Part shown: piece after piece, positions 19,900 through 34,802 of the stretch
Layout: every line of letters begins with the position of its first letter
Numbering within the stretch: the stretch's first letter is position 1
DNA from: an uncultured delta proteobacterium
Lineage (GTDB): Bacteria; Myxococcota; Myxococcia; Myxococcales; Myxococcaceae
Length of the DNA: 64,000 nucleotides
Assembly (NCBI GenBank): GCA_963771175.1
Contig: CAVYSY010000044.1
Span: forward strand, 128,001-192,000
Reading direction: 5' to 3'
Program-made: the position numbers and the translations under genes
Notes under the pieces: model-generated
The model's database searches: none
What the model saw: only the letters and a program-made list of their open reading frames with translations
Told to the model about the DNA's origin: nothing

Positions 19900-21778
19900 G
19901 CCCCCTGTGCGATCAGACGTCGCACTCCCGAGGGCCACCCGTCCCGCCCAACCCGCTCCCGCTTCAGCGCCACCAGCAGCAGCGAGAAGCGCCGCCGGGG
20001 TCAGCCCCGGGATCCGCCGCGCCTGCCCCACCGTCGCCGGCCGGTGCTGCGCGCAGCTTCTCCACCGCCTCCGCCGCACAGCCCTCGCACCGTCCCGTAG
20101 CGCGAAGTCCCCCGGGATCCGCCACGCGTCCCACGCCTCCGCCTCCCGCGCCGCCGCCCGCTCCGCCTGCACGATGTAGCCCTCGTACTTCACCTCCACC
20201 TCCACCTCCTCCGCCACGTCCGCGGACAGGGCCGGCCAGCCCTCCGGCCTCTCCGCCGCCAGCGCCGCGTACGTCACCTCGGGCCGCTTCAGCCGCGCCG
20301 CCAGCCCCGTGCGCTTGAGCCGCGCCACCTCCTCCGCCACCGCCCGGCCTCGCGCCTCCACCCGCTCCAGCACCTCGCGCGGACACCAGCCCCACCCGGT
20401 GCCCGTGCTTCGCCAGCCGCAGGTCCGCGTTGCCCTCGCGCAGCTTCAGCCGGTGCTCCGAGCGGCTGGTGAACATGCGGAAGGGCTCGTCCACCCCCTT
20501 CGTCACCAGCTCGTCCACCAGCACCGCGCCGTGCGCCTCGTCCCGGCCCGAGCACCAGCGCCGGCTCGCCCGCGCACCTGCAGCCCCGCCTGAATCCCCG
20601 CGTACAGCCCCTGGAACGCCGCCTCCTCGTAGCCCGAGGTGCCGTTGAGCTGCCCGGCGAAGTAGAGGCCCTCCACCGCCTTCGTCTCCAGCGTCGCGCT
20701 TCAGCTGCGTGGGCGGCGCGTAGTCGTACTCCACCGCGTAGCCGTAGCGCACCACCTCCACCTGCTCGAGCCCCGGGATGGTGCGCAGGAAGTCGAGCTG
20801 CACGTCCGCCGGCATGCTGGTGGAGAGCCCCGCCGGGTACACCAGCGGCGAGTCGGGGCCCTCCGGCTCGAGGAACACCTGGTGCCGCTCGCGCGCGGCG
20901 AAGCGCACCACCTTGTCCTCCAGCGACGGGCAGTAGCGCGGGCCCCGGCCGACAATCTCCCCCTGGAACAGCGGCGAGCGGTGCAGGTTCTCGCGCAGCA
21001 GCCGGTGCGTCTCCGGCGGTGGTGTACGTGAGCGCGCAGGTGACGGCGGGCTGGCGCGGGAAGGTCCCCTCCCCCGCAGCCCAGCGCGTGCGCGAGGAGA
21101 GCGGGCGCGGCGGCCAGTCCCCCGGCTGGGGCTGCACGCGCGTCCCAGTCGATGCTGTCGCGCACGAGGCGCGCCGGAGTGCCCGTCTTGAAGCGGCCCA
21201 GGGTGAAGCCGAGCGAGCGCAGCGAGTCGCGACAGGCCGCGCGCCGCCTCGTCGCCCGAGCCGCCCGCCCACCTCCTTCTTCTCGCCCACGTGCATCAGC
21301 GCCTGGAGGAAGGTGCCGGTGGTGAGCAGCACCGCGCGCGCCGCCACCTGCGTGCCGTCGCCGAGCACCACGCCCGCCACGCGCCCGCCCTCGGCCGACC
21401 ACGGCGGACACCTCGCCCTCGTGCACGGTGAGGTCCGGGTTGGGCCCACAGCACCGACTGCATGGTGCGCGCGTAGGCCTCCCGGTCGCACAGCACGCGC
21501 GTGGCCTGCACCGCCGGGCCCTTGGAGGCGTTCAGCGTCTTGAAGTGCGTGCCCGCGAGGTCCGCCACGCGGCCCATCTCGCCGCCGAGCGCGTCCAGCT
21601 CGCGCACCAGGTGGCCCTTGGCCGTGCCGCCCACCGCCGGGTTGCAGCTCATGACGGCGGCGCGCTCGCGCTTGAGGGTGAGGCCGAGGGTGTCCAGGCC
21701 CATGCGCGCGCAGGCGAGCGCGGCCTCGCAGCCCGCATGGCCCAGGCCCACCACGATGACGTCGTACCGCTGCTTCAT
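19840..21778 (-). CDS. mnmG: tRNA uridine 5-carboxymethylaminomethyl modification enzyme MnmG (GidA), many apparent frameshifts; 3' end approximate
   Basis: [74 protein letters not shown]. Confidence 0.93.
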
Positions 21779-22023
21779 TCGCCAGGGGGGAGGGCGGGCA
21801 GGCGACTCGCGCTCGCCCGGGTGGAGCCTCACTTCTCACGCGATGGACGGGGGAAGGCAAGTCAGCTGAGCAACGTCACCGCCATGGAGGACCGTTCCTC
21901 CCGCCGCCCCACCGGGCCGGCAGGCAGTCCGAGCCGCGAGAGTCCGTGGGACGGATACTGCAGGTCCTGAGTCCTCTGAAGAAGGTCCGTGCAGAAGGGG
22001 GGGCCGCCGGGCGCGTTCTTGAA

Positions 22024-22050
22024 AAACCTGTCCGACAGTCGGACAGGTTT
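22024..22050. repeat. 27-bp palindrome, copy 4
   Basis: AAACCTGTCCGACAGTCGGACAGGTTT with GGCGCG..TTGAA and GAAAAGCGCGCC flanks. Confidence 0.9.
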
Positions 22051-22124
22051 CTGAAAAGCGCGCCGGGAGCCAGACCCGTCGGTTCCGCTACCGACCGCTG
22101 GGCCCGAGCCTCTACCGTCGCCGA

Positions 22125-22907
22125 ATGACCTTTTCGACACAGACGATACAAGGGCCCGCGGGGCGGCTCGCCGTCACCACCGCAGGTGAGGGAGGGGTGC
22201 CTGTCCTCTTCGTGCACGGCAACAGCGGCAACCGGACGCAGTGGGCGGCGCAGCAGGCGCACCTGAAGCAGCGCAGTGTGTCCTTCGACCTGCGGGGCAT
22301 GGGCGAGTCGGAGCCGGACGCGGCGGGCCGCTACCACTACCGGGAGCTGGCCGAGGACGTGGGGGCGGTGGCGGACGCGCTGGGGCTCGAGCGCTTCGTG
22401 CTGGTGGGGCACAGCCTCGGCTGCGCGGTGGTGGCCGAGTACGCGGGGCGCCATCCCGAGCGCGTGGTGGGACTGGTGCTCGGAGACCCCGGGGACAGCG
22501 TGAAGGACCTGCCGCCGCAGGTGGTGGAGGCCTTCCGAGCGATGTTCCACCCGGAGCGCTACGAGGCCGGGCGCCTGAGGTGGTTCGAGCCGTTCCTGCG
22601 CGACGCGAAGCCGGAGACGCGCACGGCGGTGCTCGACTCGCTGTGCGCCACGCCGCGCGAGGTGGTGTACGGGGCCATCTGGAGCATGTTGGAGCTGGAC
22701 CCGGCGGAGCAGCTCGCGCGCTACCCGGGCCCGAGGCTCGTCATCGCCGCGGCCCATACGCTGGAGACGTTCGGAGACAGGGCGCTGCACCGAGTAGTGC
22801 CCGGAATCGAGCTGAAGGCACTCTCGGGGGTGAGCCACTGGCTGATGATGGATGACCCGGAGGGCTTCAACGCCGCGCTGGACGCATTCCTCCTCCGAGT
22901 GGCTTGA
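22125..22907 (+). CDS. Alpha/beta fold hydrolase
   Basis: FVHG, DLRGMGES, GHSLG nucleophile elbow, C-terminal His (VSHW). Confidence 0.9.
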   Translation: MTFSTQTIQGPAGRLAVTTAGEGGVPVLFVHGNSGNRTQWAAQQAHLKQRSVSFDLRGMGESEPDAAGRYHYRELAEDVGAVADALGLERFVLVGHSLGCAVVAEYAGRHPERVVGLVLGDPGDSVKDLPPQVVEAFRAMFHPERYEAGRLRWFEPFLRDAKPETRTAVLDSLCATPREVVYGAIWSMLELDPAEQLARYPGPRLVIAAAHTLETFGDRALHRVVPGIELKALSGVSHWLMMDDPEGFNAALDAFLLRVA

Positions 22908-22963
22908 CGGTGCGGGATGCTCCGAGGGGAAGTCGGACCTCCACTCGAACCGGAAGGACTCCC

Positions 22964-23269
22964 ATGCGGAAGACATTCACGCTGCTGCTGTGCCTGCTGT
23001 CGGCGGGCTGCGTCACGGCGCAGGCCACGACGGGCTCGGTGCCGAAGGAGCGCGCCACCGAGTGCGTGGCGCACTGCGCGGCGTTGGACATGAAGCTGGC
23101 GGCGGTGGTCATCATCCGCAGCTCGGCCGGGTGCGTGTGCGAGCCGAAGGACGCGCAGGGGGGTGTGTCGAGCGGCACGGCGGCGGCCGCGGGGGGAGCG
23201 CTCATCGAGGAGGAGGCGTCCCAGCAGCAGGCGGCGCAGCAGCGGGCCAGCTACGCGAGCGGCCATTAG
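22964..23269 (+). CDS. Small Cys-rich lipoprotein
   Basis: AAGGA SD; lipobox LSAGC; CxxxC and CVC motifs. Confidence 0.7.
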   Translation: MRKTFTLLLCLLSAGCVTAQATTGSVPKERATECVAHCAALDMKLAAVVIIRSSAGCVCEPKDAQGGVSSGTAAAAGGALIEEEASQQQAAQQRASYASGH

Positions 23270-23494
23270 GCCCACCGACGGGAACACGCCCGAGCATGGG
23301 CCTGAAACCATCCGAGGAGACAGTCGCCCGTGAGTGCACCCGGGCCACGACACCGGGACGGAGGTAACCTTTCCCGTTGTCCAGGGCTACACAACATCCC
23401 AAGTAGGGCGTAATCTGTCCGTATGAACCCTGGAGCCAGCGAGACTCCCTGGAGCCCACTTGAAGAGGCACGCCCGGCTGCTCATGCTCGGAAC

Positions 23495-24052
<558 letters not shown>

Positions 24053-24061
24053 GCCCGGGAC

Positions 24062-24646
<585 letters not shown>

Positions 24647-24721
24647 CCCGTGAGGCCGGTCGAACCTTCGTGGTACACCGCCCGCGTCTGACGCCGAGGT
24701 GGGCACCCTTCAAGGAACGAC

Positions 24722-26113
24722 ATGGCCACGAAAGCTCGGGGAAAAGCACAGCAGGCGAAGCGGGTGACGAGTCCGGCGCGCACAAGCAGCCCGCCGTCTC
24801 CGCCCGTGTACTTCCTCTCATTGACCCTTGAGAACGTGCGCTGCTTCGGGCCCAAGCAGACCCTGCAGCTCTCCGATGGTGAGGGACGCCCGGCGAGATG
24901 GACGGTGATTCTCGGCAACAACGGCATGGGCAAGACGACCCTGCTGCAGGCCCTCACCACCTTTGAACCTGTTGTGCTTGGACGAGCAGTCTGACGGGAC
25001 CCCCCACTACGTGCCCAAGGGGTCATCCAGCACACTCGCTTGTCCTGGTCTCCGATTCGTCATCTAAGCGGATGACGCCCGCACTTTCCGTCGTGCTCAC
25101 GGCTGGGACAGGCCGATGGCCGAGGGAGCCGAACAGGCATCGCAGAGCACCATCGTTATTCATTGACGGCCAACGAAAAGGGTCCACTGCCAGAGGGATT
25201 CAAGAGCCCTTCATCAATTTGGTGTGTTACGGCTATGGAGCAACTCGCCGGATGGGGGCTGGCTCATTGTCCGCCCCGAAAGAGTCCCAGCCCAGCGACA
25301 GCCTCTTCTTCGAAGATGTACCGCTGAGGAACGCGGAAGAGTGGCTCCTGCAAGCCGACTACGCGGCCAGCAAGGAGTCTCCCGAACAGGTCAAGCAGCC
25401 ACGGAGAGGCGCGACCGTATCAAGCAACTCCTGATCGACCTGCTCCCGGAGGTGAGCGACCTTCGCTTCGCGCCTCCCGATGCGAGCGAATCCCTGCGGC
25501 CCGGGTGGAGGTACAGACCCCCTACGGCTGGGTCGCGATGCGGAGCTTGAGCCTGGGATACCGAACACTCATCGCCTGGATGGTGGACCTCGCGAGCCGT
25601 CTGTTCGAGCGCTACCCCGACAGTCCCAACCCGCTGGCCGAGCCGGCGGTCGTGCTCGTCGATGAAATCGACCTCCACCTGCATCCGAAGTGGCAGCGCC
25701 AGCTCATCGGCTATCTGACCGAGCGTTTCCCCAATACCCAGTTCATCGTGACCGCGCACAGTCCGCTCGTCGTGCAGAGCGCCACGGATGCGAACATCGT
25801 GGTCCTGCGGCGCGAGGGTGACCACGTCGTCATCGACAACGACGTGGAATCCATCCGAGGCTGGCGGGTGGATCAAATCCTCACGAGCGACCTGTTCGGA
25901 TTGGAGACGGCTCGGCCGCCCCAGATCGAGGAACTCCTCAAGGAGCGAACCGCGCTCCTTTCCAAGCCCCGCCTGACCACCAAGGACAAGGCCAGACTGC
26001 GCGAACTGGAATCCGCTATCGGGCCTCTGCCCACGGGTGAGACGAAGACCGAACGAGAGGCGCTCGAACTCATCCAGCGCGCCGCCGCGCGCCTGAAGGA
26101 CGAACGAAAGTGA
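24722..26113 (+). CDS. ABC/AAA_21-type ATPase (PtuA-like), apparent frameshifts
   Basis: LENVRCF, GNNGMGKTT Walker A, YGATRR, LSLGYR signature, VLVDEIDLHLHPKWQ Walker B, TAHSP. Confidence 0.85.
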
Positions 26114-26852
26114 TTCGCGTCCGCAAGCCGGCCGAGCCGCCCGAGGTCCTTCGCACGAAAGGAGCCCGCTCCCGGCGTGCCCTGAGCGCGGCGTACTCGC
26201 GTGCCTCTCGGGGCTACGAGACCGGCGAAGAAGTCCTTCGAGTTCGACTCGGCCATCTACGCCCATGCGGACGTCAAGCAGTCGCTCCGGGAGGCCCAGC
26301 ACGACAAGTGCGCCTTCTGCGAATCGAAGTTCGCCCACATCTCCTACGGAGACGTCGAGCACTTCCGTCCCAAGGCGGGGTGGCGCCAGGAGGAAGGAGA
26401 GCCACTCAGTCGGCCCGGCTATTACTGGCTCACCTACGAGTGGTCGAATCTGTTCCTGTCCTGCACGCTCTGCAATCAGCAGTTCAAGAGGAACCTCTTC
26501 CCGCTACAGACGCCCGCTCGTCGGGCTCGGAGCCATAAGGACGATGTGATGGCGGAAGACCCGCTGCTGCTCGATCCAGCAGTGGACGTCCCCGAAGCCT
26601 TCATTTCGTTCCGGGAAGAAGTGCCATACGCGGTGGATGGCAACGCACGCGGAGAGGCGACGATTCGCATCCTGGGGCTCCGGCGCCCGGAGACTGGCCG
26701 AGCAACGGAGGGAGCGCCTGGGCTATGTGAAGGCGCTCCAGAATCTCGTCCGACTCAATGGCCCAGAGGCCGCGGAGGCCCAGGAACTGCTCCAGCACAT
26801 GCAGCGGGATTCAGCGGCGTATGCCGCGATGAGTCGCGCCTTCCTGCGCTGA
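26110..26852 (+). CDS. HNH endonuclease (PtuB-like), apparent frameshifts
   Basis: GTGA overlap with the ATPase; KCAFCES, VEHFRPK, WSNLFLSCTLCNQ, LLLDP. Confidence 0.85.
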
Positions 26853-26861
26853 GGACCTCCT

Positions 26862-26926
26862 GAAACACGAAAGGTGAGAACCGCCGCGACCCGAGAGGCC
26901 GCGCGACCCTCACCCCGTGCCTCTCC
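26862..26926. repeat. ~65-bp direct repeat, copy 1 (GGTGAG...CTCACC hairpin)
   Basis: Similar to 28424-28489. Confidence 0.75.
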
Positions 26927-26931
26927 ACGGC

Positions 26932-27417
26932 TCACCGGAATGAATCGACCACGAAGATGGAGGCGTTGGAGTACTCGATGATGGCCGTCCCGGGCTTCGA
27001 CTCGGGGCGCTTCTTGAAATGCTCCCCGAACCGGGCGACCGCGCAAATGGGCACGGTGTCTCCGTCCGGGGGCTTCGCTTCGTAGTACCGGACGACCACC
27101 AGCGGTCCACTCGTCCACACCCGCCCGTAAAGCCGTGTGGCGGGTTCGAGCGTGCCCAGCGAGCCGTCGAGGAAGCTCTCGACGGGCCCGTCATAGAGCG
27201 TGATGGGGCTCATGTCGATCTGGTTGGCGTCGAGCTCCACGTCGGAGGCATCACTGACGTGCATCCGAAGAATCCGCATCGTCTTCAGGGCTTCTTCCGA
27301 GCACTTCTCCGGTCCGGGGCTGCCATCCGCCCTCAGGGACACGCCCGCCGAAGGGCAGCCCAGGGTCGCAAGAGGCAGGACGAGGAAGGGGAGTAGACGT
27401 GCTCTAGTCGATGGCAT
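26932..27417 (-). CDS. Myxobacterial lipoprotein resembling the C-terminal domain of Ser/Thr kinases
   Basis: Lipobox TLGC; PEKCSEEAL, RLYGRVWT, VVRYYEA, VPICAVAR motifs. Confidence 0.65.
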   Translation of the reverse strand: MPSTRARLLPFLVLPLATLGCPSAGVSLRADGSPGPEKCSEEALKTMRILRMHVSDASDVELDANQIDMSPITLYDGPVESFLDGSLGTLEPATRLYGRVWTSGPLVVVRYYEAKPPDGDTVPICAVARFGEHFKKRPESKPGTAIIEYSNASIFVVDSFR

Positions 27418-27428
27418 GATGGGGGCTC

Positions 27429-28377
27429 CTACTCGCGCACGAGGCGTTCATCGAGAAGAACGTAGGCCTGCCTCCAGCCGTCCTCGCGGTAGATTTCCAA
27501 GAGCAGCCTAGCGCTCCCGATCTCCGTCTTGAAGGCGCTTCCGTCCACCACGACGGCCACATGCCCGGTCTCGCCAGGGGCGATCTCGTCCCGGTCCGCG
27601 CGCAAGGCGAACTGCTGCTTGTCACCGAACACATAGGGCTCGCGGCTCCTCTCCCGGGCGAATCGTCACCAGGCGAGCCTCCCGCAGGCTCCACGGCTTC
27701 GAGGGGTTATCGTTCGTCACCGTGAACAGGACCGCGGCCTTCGCCTTGCCCGCGTAGACCTGGACCACCGTTGTCACGCCCTCTTCATCCTTCATCACGC
27801 GCTTCCCGCGTAGCTTGAACGGGGTCTGCGTGATGGCACCGGAAGCCAGGAGCTTCGCGAGCGCATGGTCTGGCGTGTCCTGCCGATAGAACCGGCGCAC
27901 ATCCTCCCGGAGAGCGTCTTCCCGCGCGCGGGCGTTCTTGAGCTGGTCCTGGAGCGCCTCGCGGGTATCCGGCTCGAGGAAGACGTTCACCTGTTGGTCT
28001 GGCCACTGCCCTTCCTCCCGCGTGGCCCCCACGAGGGTGAAGGGCACCTCGGTCCCATCCGCGAGCATCACCACCAGGATGAATCGGTCCTCGGGCTCGA
28101 GGGGCTGCAGCGGCTCGACGAGCACCCTCTTGCCGGCACACGCCACCGGCTCGAAGCGGCCTTCCCAGCCCAGCATCCGGGTTCCCGCCGCGACACAGGG
28201 TTGCTGAAACCGGAGCACGGTGGCCGCTTCGGGAGTCACGTACAACCGCTCGACCCGCTCATCCTGGCGACCGAAAACGTAGGCGCTCCGCACGTTGACC
28301 TCGCGTCCACGAGCGACGGCCACGGACGCCATGAGGACGACCAGCAGGGCAGACCGGAGAGGTAAGGAGTCCCACAT
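27429..28377 (-). CDS. DUF2381 family protein (one apparent frameshift near 27630)
   Basis: TVLRF..C, LGWEGRFEP, LADGTEVPF, DHALAKLLA, PWSLREARL, IAPGETGHVAVV. Confidence 0.75.
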
Positions 28378-28423
28378 ACGCGGGCCAACCTATCCGATGG
28401 TGCGAACAAACCTCCAGCCCCCG

Positions 28424-28489
28424 GAAACACGAAGGGTGAGGGCCCTCGCGACCCGAGTGGCCGCGCGACCCTCACCCCGATGCCTCTCC
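28424..28489. repeat. ~65-bp direct repeat, copy 2
   Basis: Similar to 26862-26926; runs into a CCTCTCCCGAGAGGAGAGG hairpin. Confidence 0.75.
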
Positions 28490-28509
28490 CGAGAGGAGAG
28501 GGAAAGCGC

Positions 28510-31341
<2,832 letters not shown>

Positions 31342-31507
31342 GCGGGAGACCTGCTTGCGCGAAGGGTTCCGGGACTGCGAGCAGAAGCTACCAACCGGGC
31401 ATGCCCGGGTCGTGTTCCCGACGAGCGGAAGTGACGGCGAAAAAGCCCGGGGCTGAACGAAGCGGGGGGAGGACGTCGGGCAGGAGACCGCTCGGGCGGG
31501 GCGGTGC

Positions 31508-32072
31508 ATGCTCCCTGGGCATAAGAGACGCCTTCTGTTGCTGCGCATGACCCTGGCGCTGTGCTTCGTGGTGCCCACCTCGTGCGCCACGTCTCGGGCC
31601 GTCGCCCCTGATGGCGAGCGAGCCCGCGCGGAGCCCAAGCGGGTGAGGGTCGACGAGCTGTCGGGAGACCGGCTGCGGCTCTCCTTCGAGCCGGTGGCAC
31701 CCGACCCATCTCTGGAGGTGCTGTGCCTGGAGGAATCAAAGGAGGTGCTCGTGCTCCTGCACGAGTCCCTGCCCCAGTGGGAACTGCACTTGCGAGAGGA
31801 GTACCTCTTCCGTTTCGGCGATGCTGTTCACCAAGGCCTTCGTGGTGGCGCTCACGGTGCGACTGTCATTGTTGGTGGGCGCACTGGAGCTCACCCAACT
31901 GGCCCGAGCATGCCTGCGCCTGTACCAGGAGGCCGAGGCCGCGCGGACGGTGCAGGAATTGGAAGCAGCGACGGAACACTTCGGCAAGGCACTGGGAGGC
32001 GCGGCGCGCATGGAAGACGATGGCTCCATCAACCAGCCGGTCCAAATCTCCATCAACAAGCGTGCGCGGTAA
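31508..32072 (+). pseudogene. Truncated, internally deleted 5' copy of the AHH lipoprotein toxin gene at 54465
   Basis: LLRM(T/A)LALCFVVPTSCATSRAVAPDGERARAEPK and LFTKAFVVALTVRLSLLVGALEL are shared; nuclease domain absent. Confidence 0.8.
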
Positions 32073-32300
32073 CACTCAAGCGTACTCCGCGACCTTTGGG
32101 ACATGCCTCAACGCGCCAGGCCCTGCGGGAGTTGCGCGAGCAGTACCGTGCTTTCGTCTCGACATTCCGAGAAGCCGCAGCGCGCTGGCGGCAGGGGGAC
32201 TTCTCGGCCCGCCTCCCCCTCTACGCCTTCCCGCCGCGCACCTTGCCCGGTCACGTTGCTCGAGTTCTTTGACACCATTCCCGACACCATTCCCGAGACC
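32073..32300 (+). mobile_element. 3' fragment and right end of the RAYT-like element
   Basis: LKRTPRPLGHASTRQ...VARVL* nearly identical to 48565-48762, then GACACCATTCCC twice. Confidence 0.9.
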
Positions 32301-32489
32301 GCCGCCCATCCAACTCCTCCTCGCCCCGCCGGAAGGTGCGCTCGGCCCCACCCCATACGCAACTCCTTGAAAACGCGCGCACGCATTCCCGGCCCGATTG
32401 AACGCCATACATTTCCGGTGCCAGCCATCGCATATCTGGATTCGCACAGCCGGAGGCGATGGCGGCGTAGCTTCACCGGGCACACCCAC

Positions 32490-32620
32490 CATGGAGGTAG
32501 CGACCCTCCACCAGGAGCGCCGCGGCACCGATGGCAGCCCCCCCGCGTCCATGCGAAGCTGCGCGCACGGGGCCGTCGCATCTCCGAGAAGCGCGTCGCT
32601 CGCCTGATGCGGCAGGGGGC
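32490..32620 (+). mobile_element. IS3-family transposase (OrfB HTH) remnant
   Basis: EVATLHQERRGTDGSP / RVHAKLRARGRRISEKRVARLMRQ resembles the YGSPRV..L...G..VS.KRVARLMR motif. Confidence 0.65.
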
Positions 32621-32752
32621 CGGCAGCACGCGGAAGGCGCCCGGAATAAATACGTTATGCCGGATTAAAGGCACCTCCAATGGGCTAGATAAACCAGTTT
32701 ACCGGATTAAAAAGCGCTGCTGGCGCGATTTAAATCCGTTATAAAGGATTAT

Positions 32753-34039
32753 ATGGAGCTCCATCTCCAGGCGCTGATCGACGGGTCGTGGCAGCGGGCA
32801 GCGCTGCTTGAGTTCCCTACGGTCAGGGAGGATCGACGCGGAGGATGCACCTTCGAGTACGAGCACGAGTACCTGCTTCGGTGGATCGCCGACCCGCCGC
32901 CGCTTGCGGCGGTAAGTCTCAATCTACCGGTCGAGTTCGGCCCCAAGGTCTGGCGCCGTTGGCCGGCGTTCCTCGATGACCTGCGACCGATGGGGAGTGC
33001 CCGTGGCTGGTGGCTGCGGCGACTGGACCTCGCGGATGAGGCGGCGAGTGACTTCGAAATCCTGCGGAGTGGCACGATTGCGCCGGTCGGCAATCTTCGA
33101 ATCGAGGAGTCGGTTCCCGCGAAGAAGGAACCTCCCAAGCGGTTCCCTCGCCAGGTCGTCATCGACCGCGAGAACGCCTTCATCGAGTACGCCGCCAAGG
33201 CCGGCGCGCAGGTCGGAGGCGCGACAGGTGCCGGCGGCGATTCGCCGAAGCTCCTGCTCCGCTGCGACGCCGCGGAGCAGGTGTGGATCGACGTCTGGCA
33301 GGATGACCCCGCCTGTCCAGATCGGCATTACCTCGTCAAGTTCGCGCGCAGCCGCAGCGAACGCGACCGAAACATCCTTCGGTCGGAGTACGTGTATTAC
33401 AAAGCGCTCGCAGAGCTCGGAGTCGAAACCATTGCGCAAGAAGGGCTCGCGCTTCACGAAGGCCCCTCGGGCCCGAGCCTCTGGCTTCCCCGCTTTGACG
33501 TCGCGCGCCGAGACGGCCGCGAAATCCGGTACGGACTCGAGTCCCTCTACTCGCTGCTCAAGGCTGAGCCAGGCTCTTTCCAGAAGCATCAAGCGGCATT
33601 GAGTGCACTGAAAGACGTCGTTCCCGCGACGGTTTGGCCGACGGTGCGCCTCGAGTACCTGAAGCGCGACCTGCTGAATCTGGTGTTCGGCAACTCGGAC
33701 AACCACTGCAGGAACATCGCCGTGCTCAAGACGGACAGTACCGTCCGCCTCGCGCCCATCTTCGACTTCGCGCCGATGAGGATGGACCTCGAAGGAATCA
33801 CCCGCACCACGACGTGGGAAGGGTACGAAGCCGGCGGAGATGTCGACTGGGATGGGCTCCTTCGAAGCTTCGGCCCAGATGAGACGTCGTTGCGCGAGGG
33901 CCTCCACGACCTCGCTTTGCGCCTTCGCAATCTCCGCGAGCTCCTCGCGAACCTCAGGCTGCCGGATGAAACGCTGAATTTCGCGGGGCTGGACTTCCGC
34001 AGCATCGAGAAGCGCCTCCGCACGTGGAGTCTCCTATGA
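32753..34039 (+). CDS. HipA family kinase toxin
   Basis: HipA N-terminal VSLNLP, GATGAGGDSPKLL, YLVKF, LWLPRFD, GNSDNHCRN, LAPIFDFAP. Confidence 0.88.
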   Translation: MELHLQALIDGSWQRAALLEFPTVREDRRGGCTFEYEHEYLLRWIADPPPLAAVSLNLPVEFGPKVWRRWPAFLDDLRPMGSARGWWLRRLDLADEAASDFEILRSGTIAPVGNLRIEESVPAKKEPPKRFPRQVVIDRENAFIEYAAKAGAQVGGATGAGGDSPKLLLRCDAAEQVWIDVWQDDPACPDRHYLVKFARSRSERDRNILRSEYVYYKALAELGVETIAQEGLALHEGPSGPSLWLPRFDVARRDGREIRYGLESLYSLLKAEPGSFQKHQAALSALKDVVPATVWPTVRLEYLKRDLLNLVFGNSDNHCRNIAVLKTDSTVRLAPIFDFAPMRMDLEGITRTTTWEGYEAGGDVDWDGLLRSFGPDETSLREGLHDLALRLRNLRELLANLRLPDETLNFAGLDFRSIEKRLRTWSLL

Positions 34040-34428
34040 AGCGCGCCGACGTCGCCCGATTGACTGCGCTCGAACGCAAGGCGCTGCTGGAAGAGCTCGC
34101 TGCTATGGTCGCCACCGGAGAGTTCGGCCTCGGAGACGCCTCGCGCATCCTCCGCAGCACGATGCTGGGGATGGACCGGAAGACCTTCGCACAAGCCGTG
34201 AGGCTCTCCACCAGCGTCGTAGCGACGCTCGAGGACGATCCGAACGCGAACCCGACGCTCGAAACGCTCAACAAGGTCTTCGCGCCGTTCGGCGGAAAGG
34301 TCGCGTTGTCGTTTCCCCGCCTCGAAGAGCCACCGCCGCCCGACGATGCAGAGAGGCAGCGGCGAGAGATGCTCCGCGCCGCGCTCGCGAAGAGCAGGCG
34401 GCAGCGGCGGCGCTCGACAGAGTCGTAA
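34036..34428 (+). CDS. XRE-type HTH protein, putative antitoxin
   Basis: ATGA overlap with hipA; LGMDRKTFAQAVRLS...LE...ANPTLETLNKV. Confidence 0.8.
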   Translation: MKRADVARLTALERKALLEELAAMVATGEFGLGDASRILRSTMLGMDRKTFAQAVRLSTSVVATLEDDPNANPTLETLNKVFAPFGGKVALSFPRLEEPPPPDDAERQRREMLRAALAKSRRQRRRSTES

Positions 34429-34458
34429 GACCAGTCACGGCTCCGCTCATCACGGCCC

Positions 34459-34518
34459 GGGAAGGGAAGGGTGTCAAGGGAAGGGTGTCAAGGGAAGGGT
34501 GTCAGACACTTTGTACGG
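34459..34518 (+). repeat. RAYT-associated REP-like repeat (3 tandem GGGAAGGGTGTC, then AGACACTTTGTACGG)
   Basis: Read directly; same motif as the 45020 and 47300 arrays. Confidence 0.9.
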
Positions 34519-34802
34519 CGCGTCGTCATCCAGGGCTTCAGCGGAGAGTTCCTCGGGGAGTACGAAGTGGACCCCGTGTTCCAGGAGGACATCCGCATCC
34601 TCCCGTCACCGTGAGGGCTCCGCGAAGGGACATGTAACCGCGCACCGTCCTCATCACCGACGACCACGCCCTGGTGGCCCCGTCAACGTTCCCGTCCATA
34701 GGAAGCACGCGGCGGGTGCCAATGAGCTTCGGAATGCTCGACCAAATTCGGGAACCTTTGGCTCCTCCCGGTGTCTCTGCGGCGACACTCGAGAGGGGGA
34801 GC

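Noticed and set aside
19150..21778. True pseudogenisation of mnmG and rsmG
   Set aside because: Motifs are intact with only scattered indels and partner mnmE is intact, so sequencing error is more likely.
24722..26852. Retron-associated Septu system
   Set aside because: No reverse transcriptase ORF or msr/msd-like region is visible nearby.
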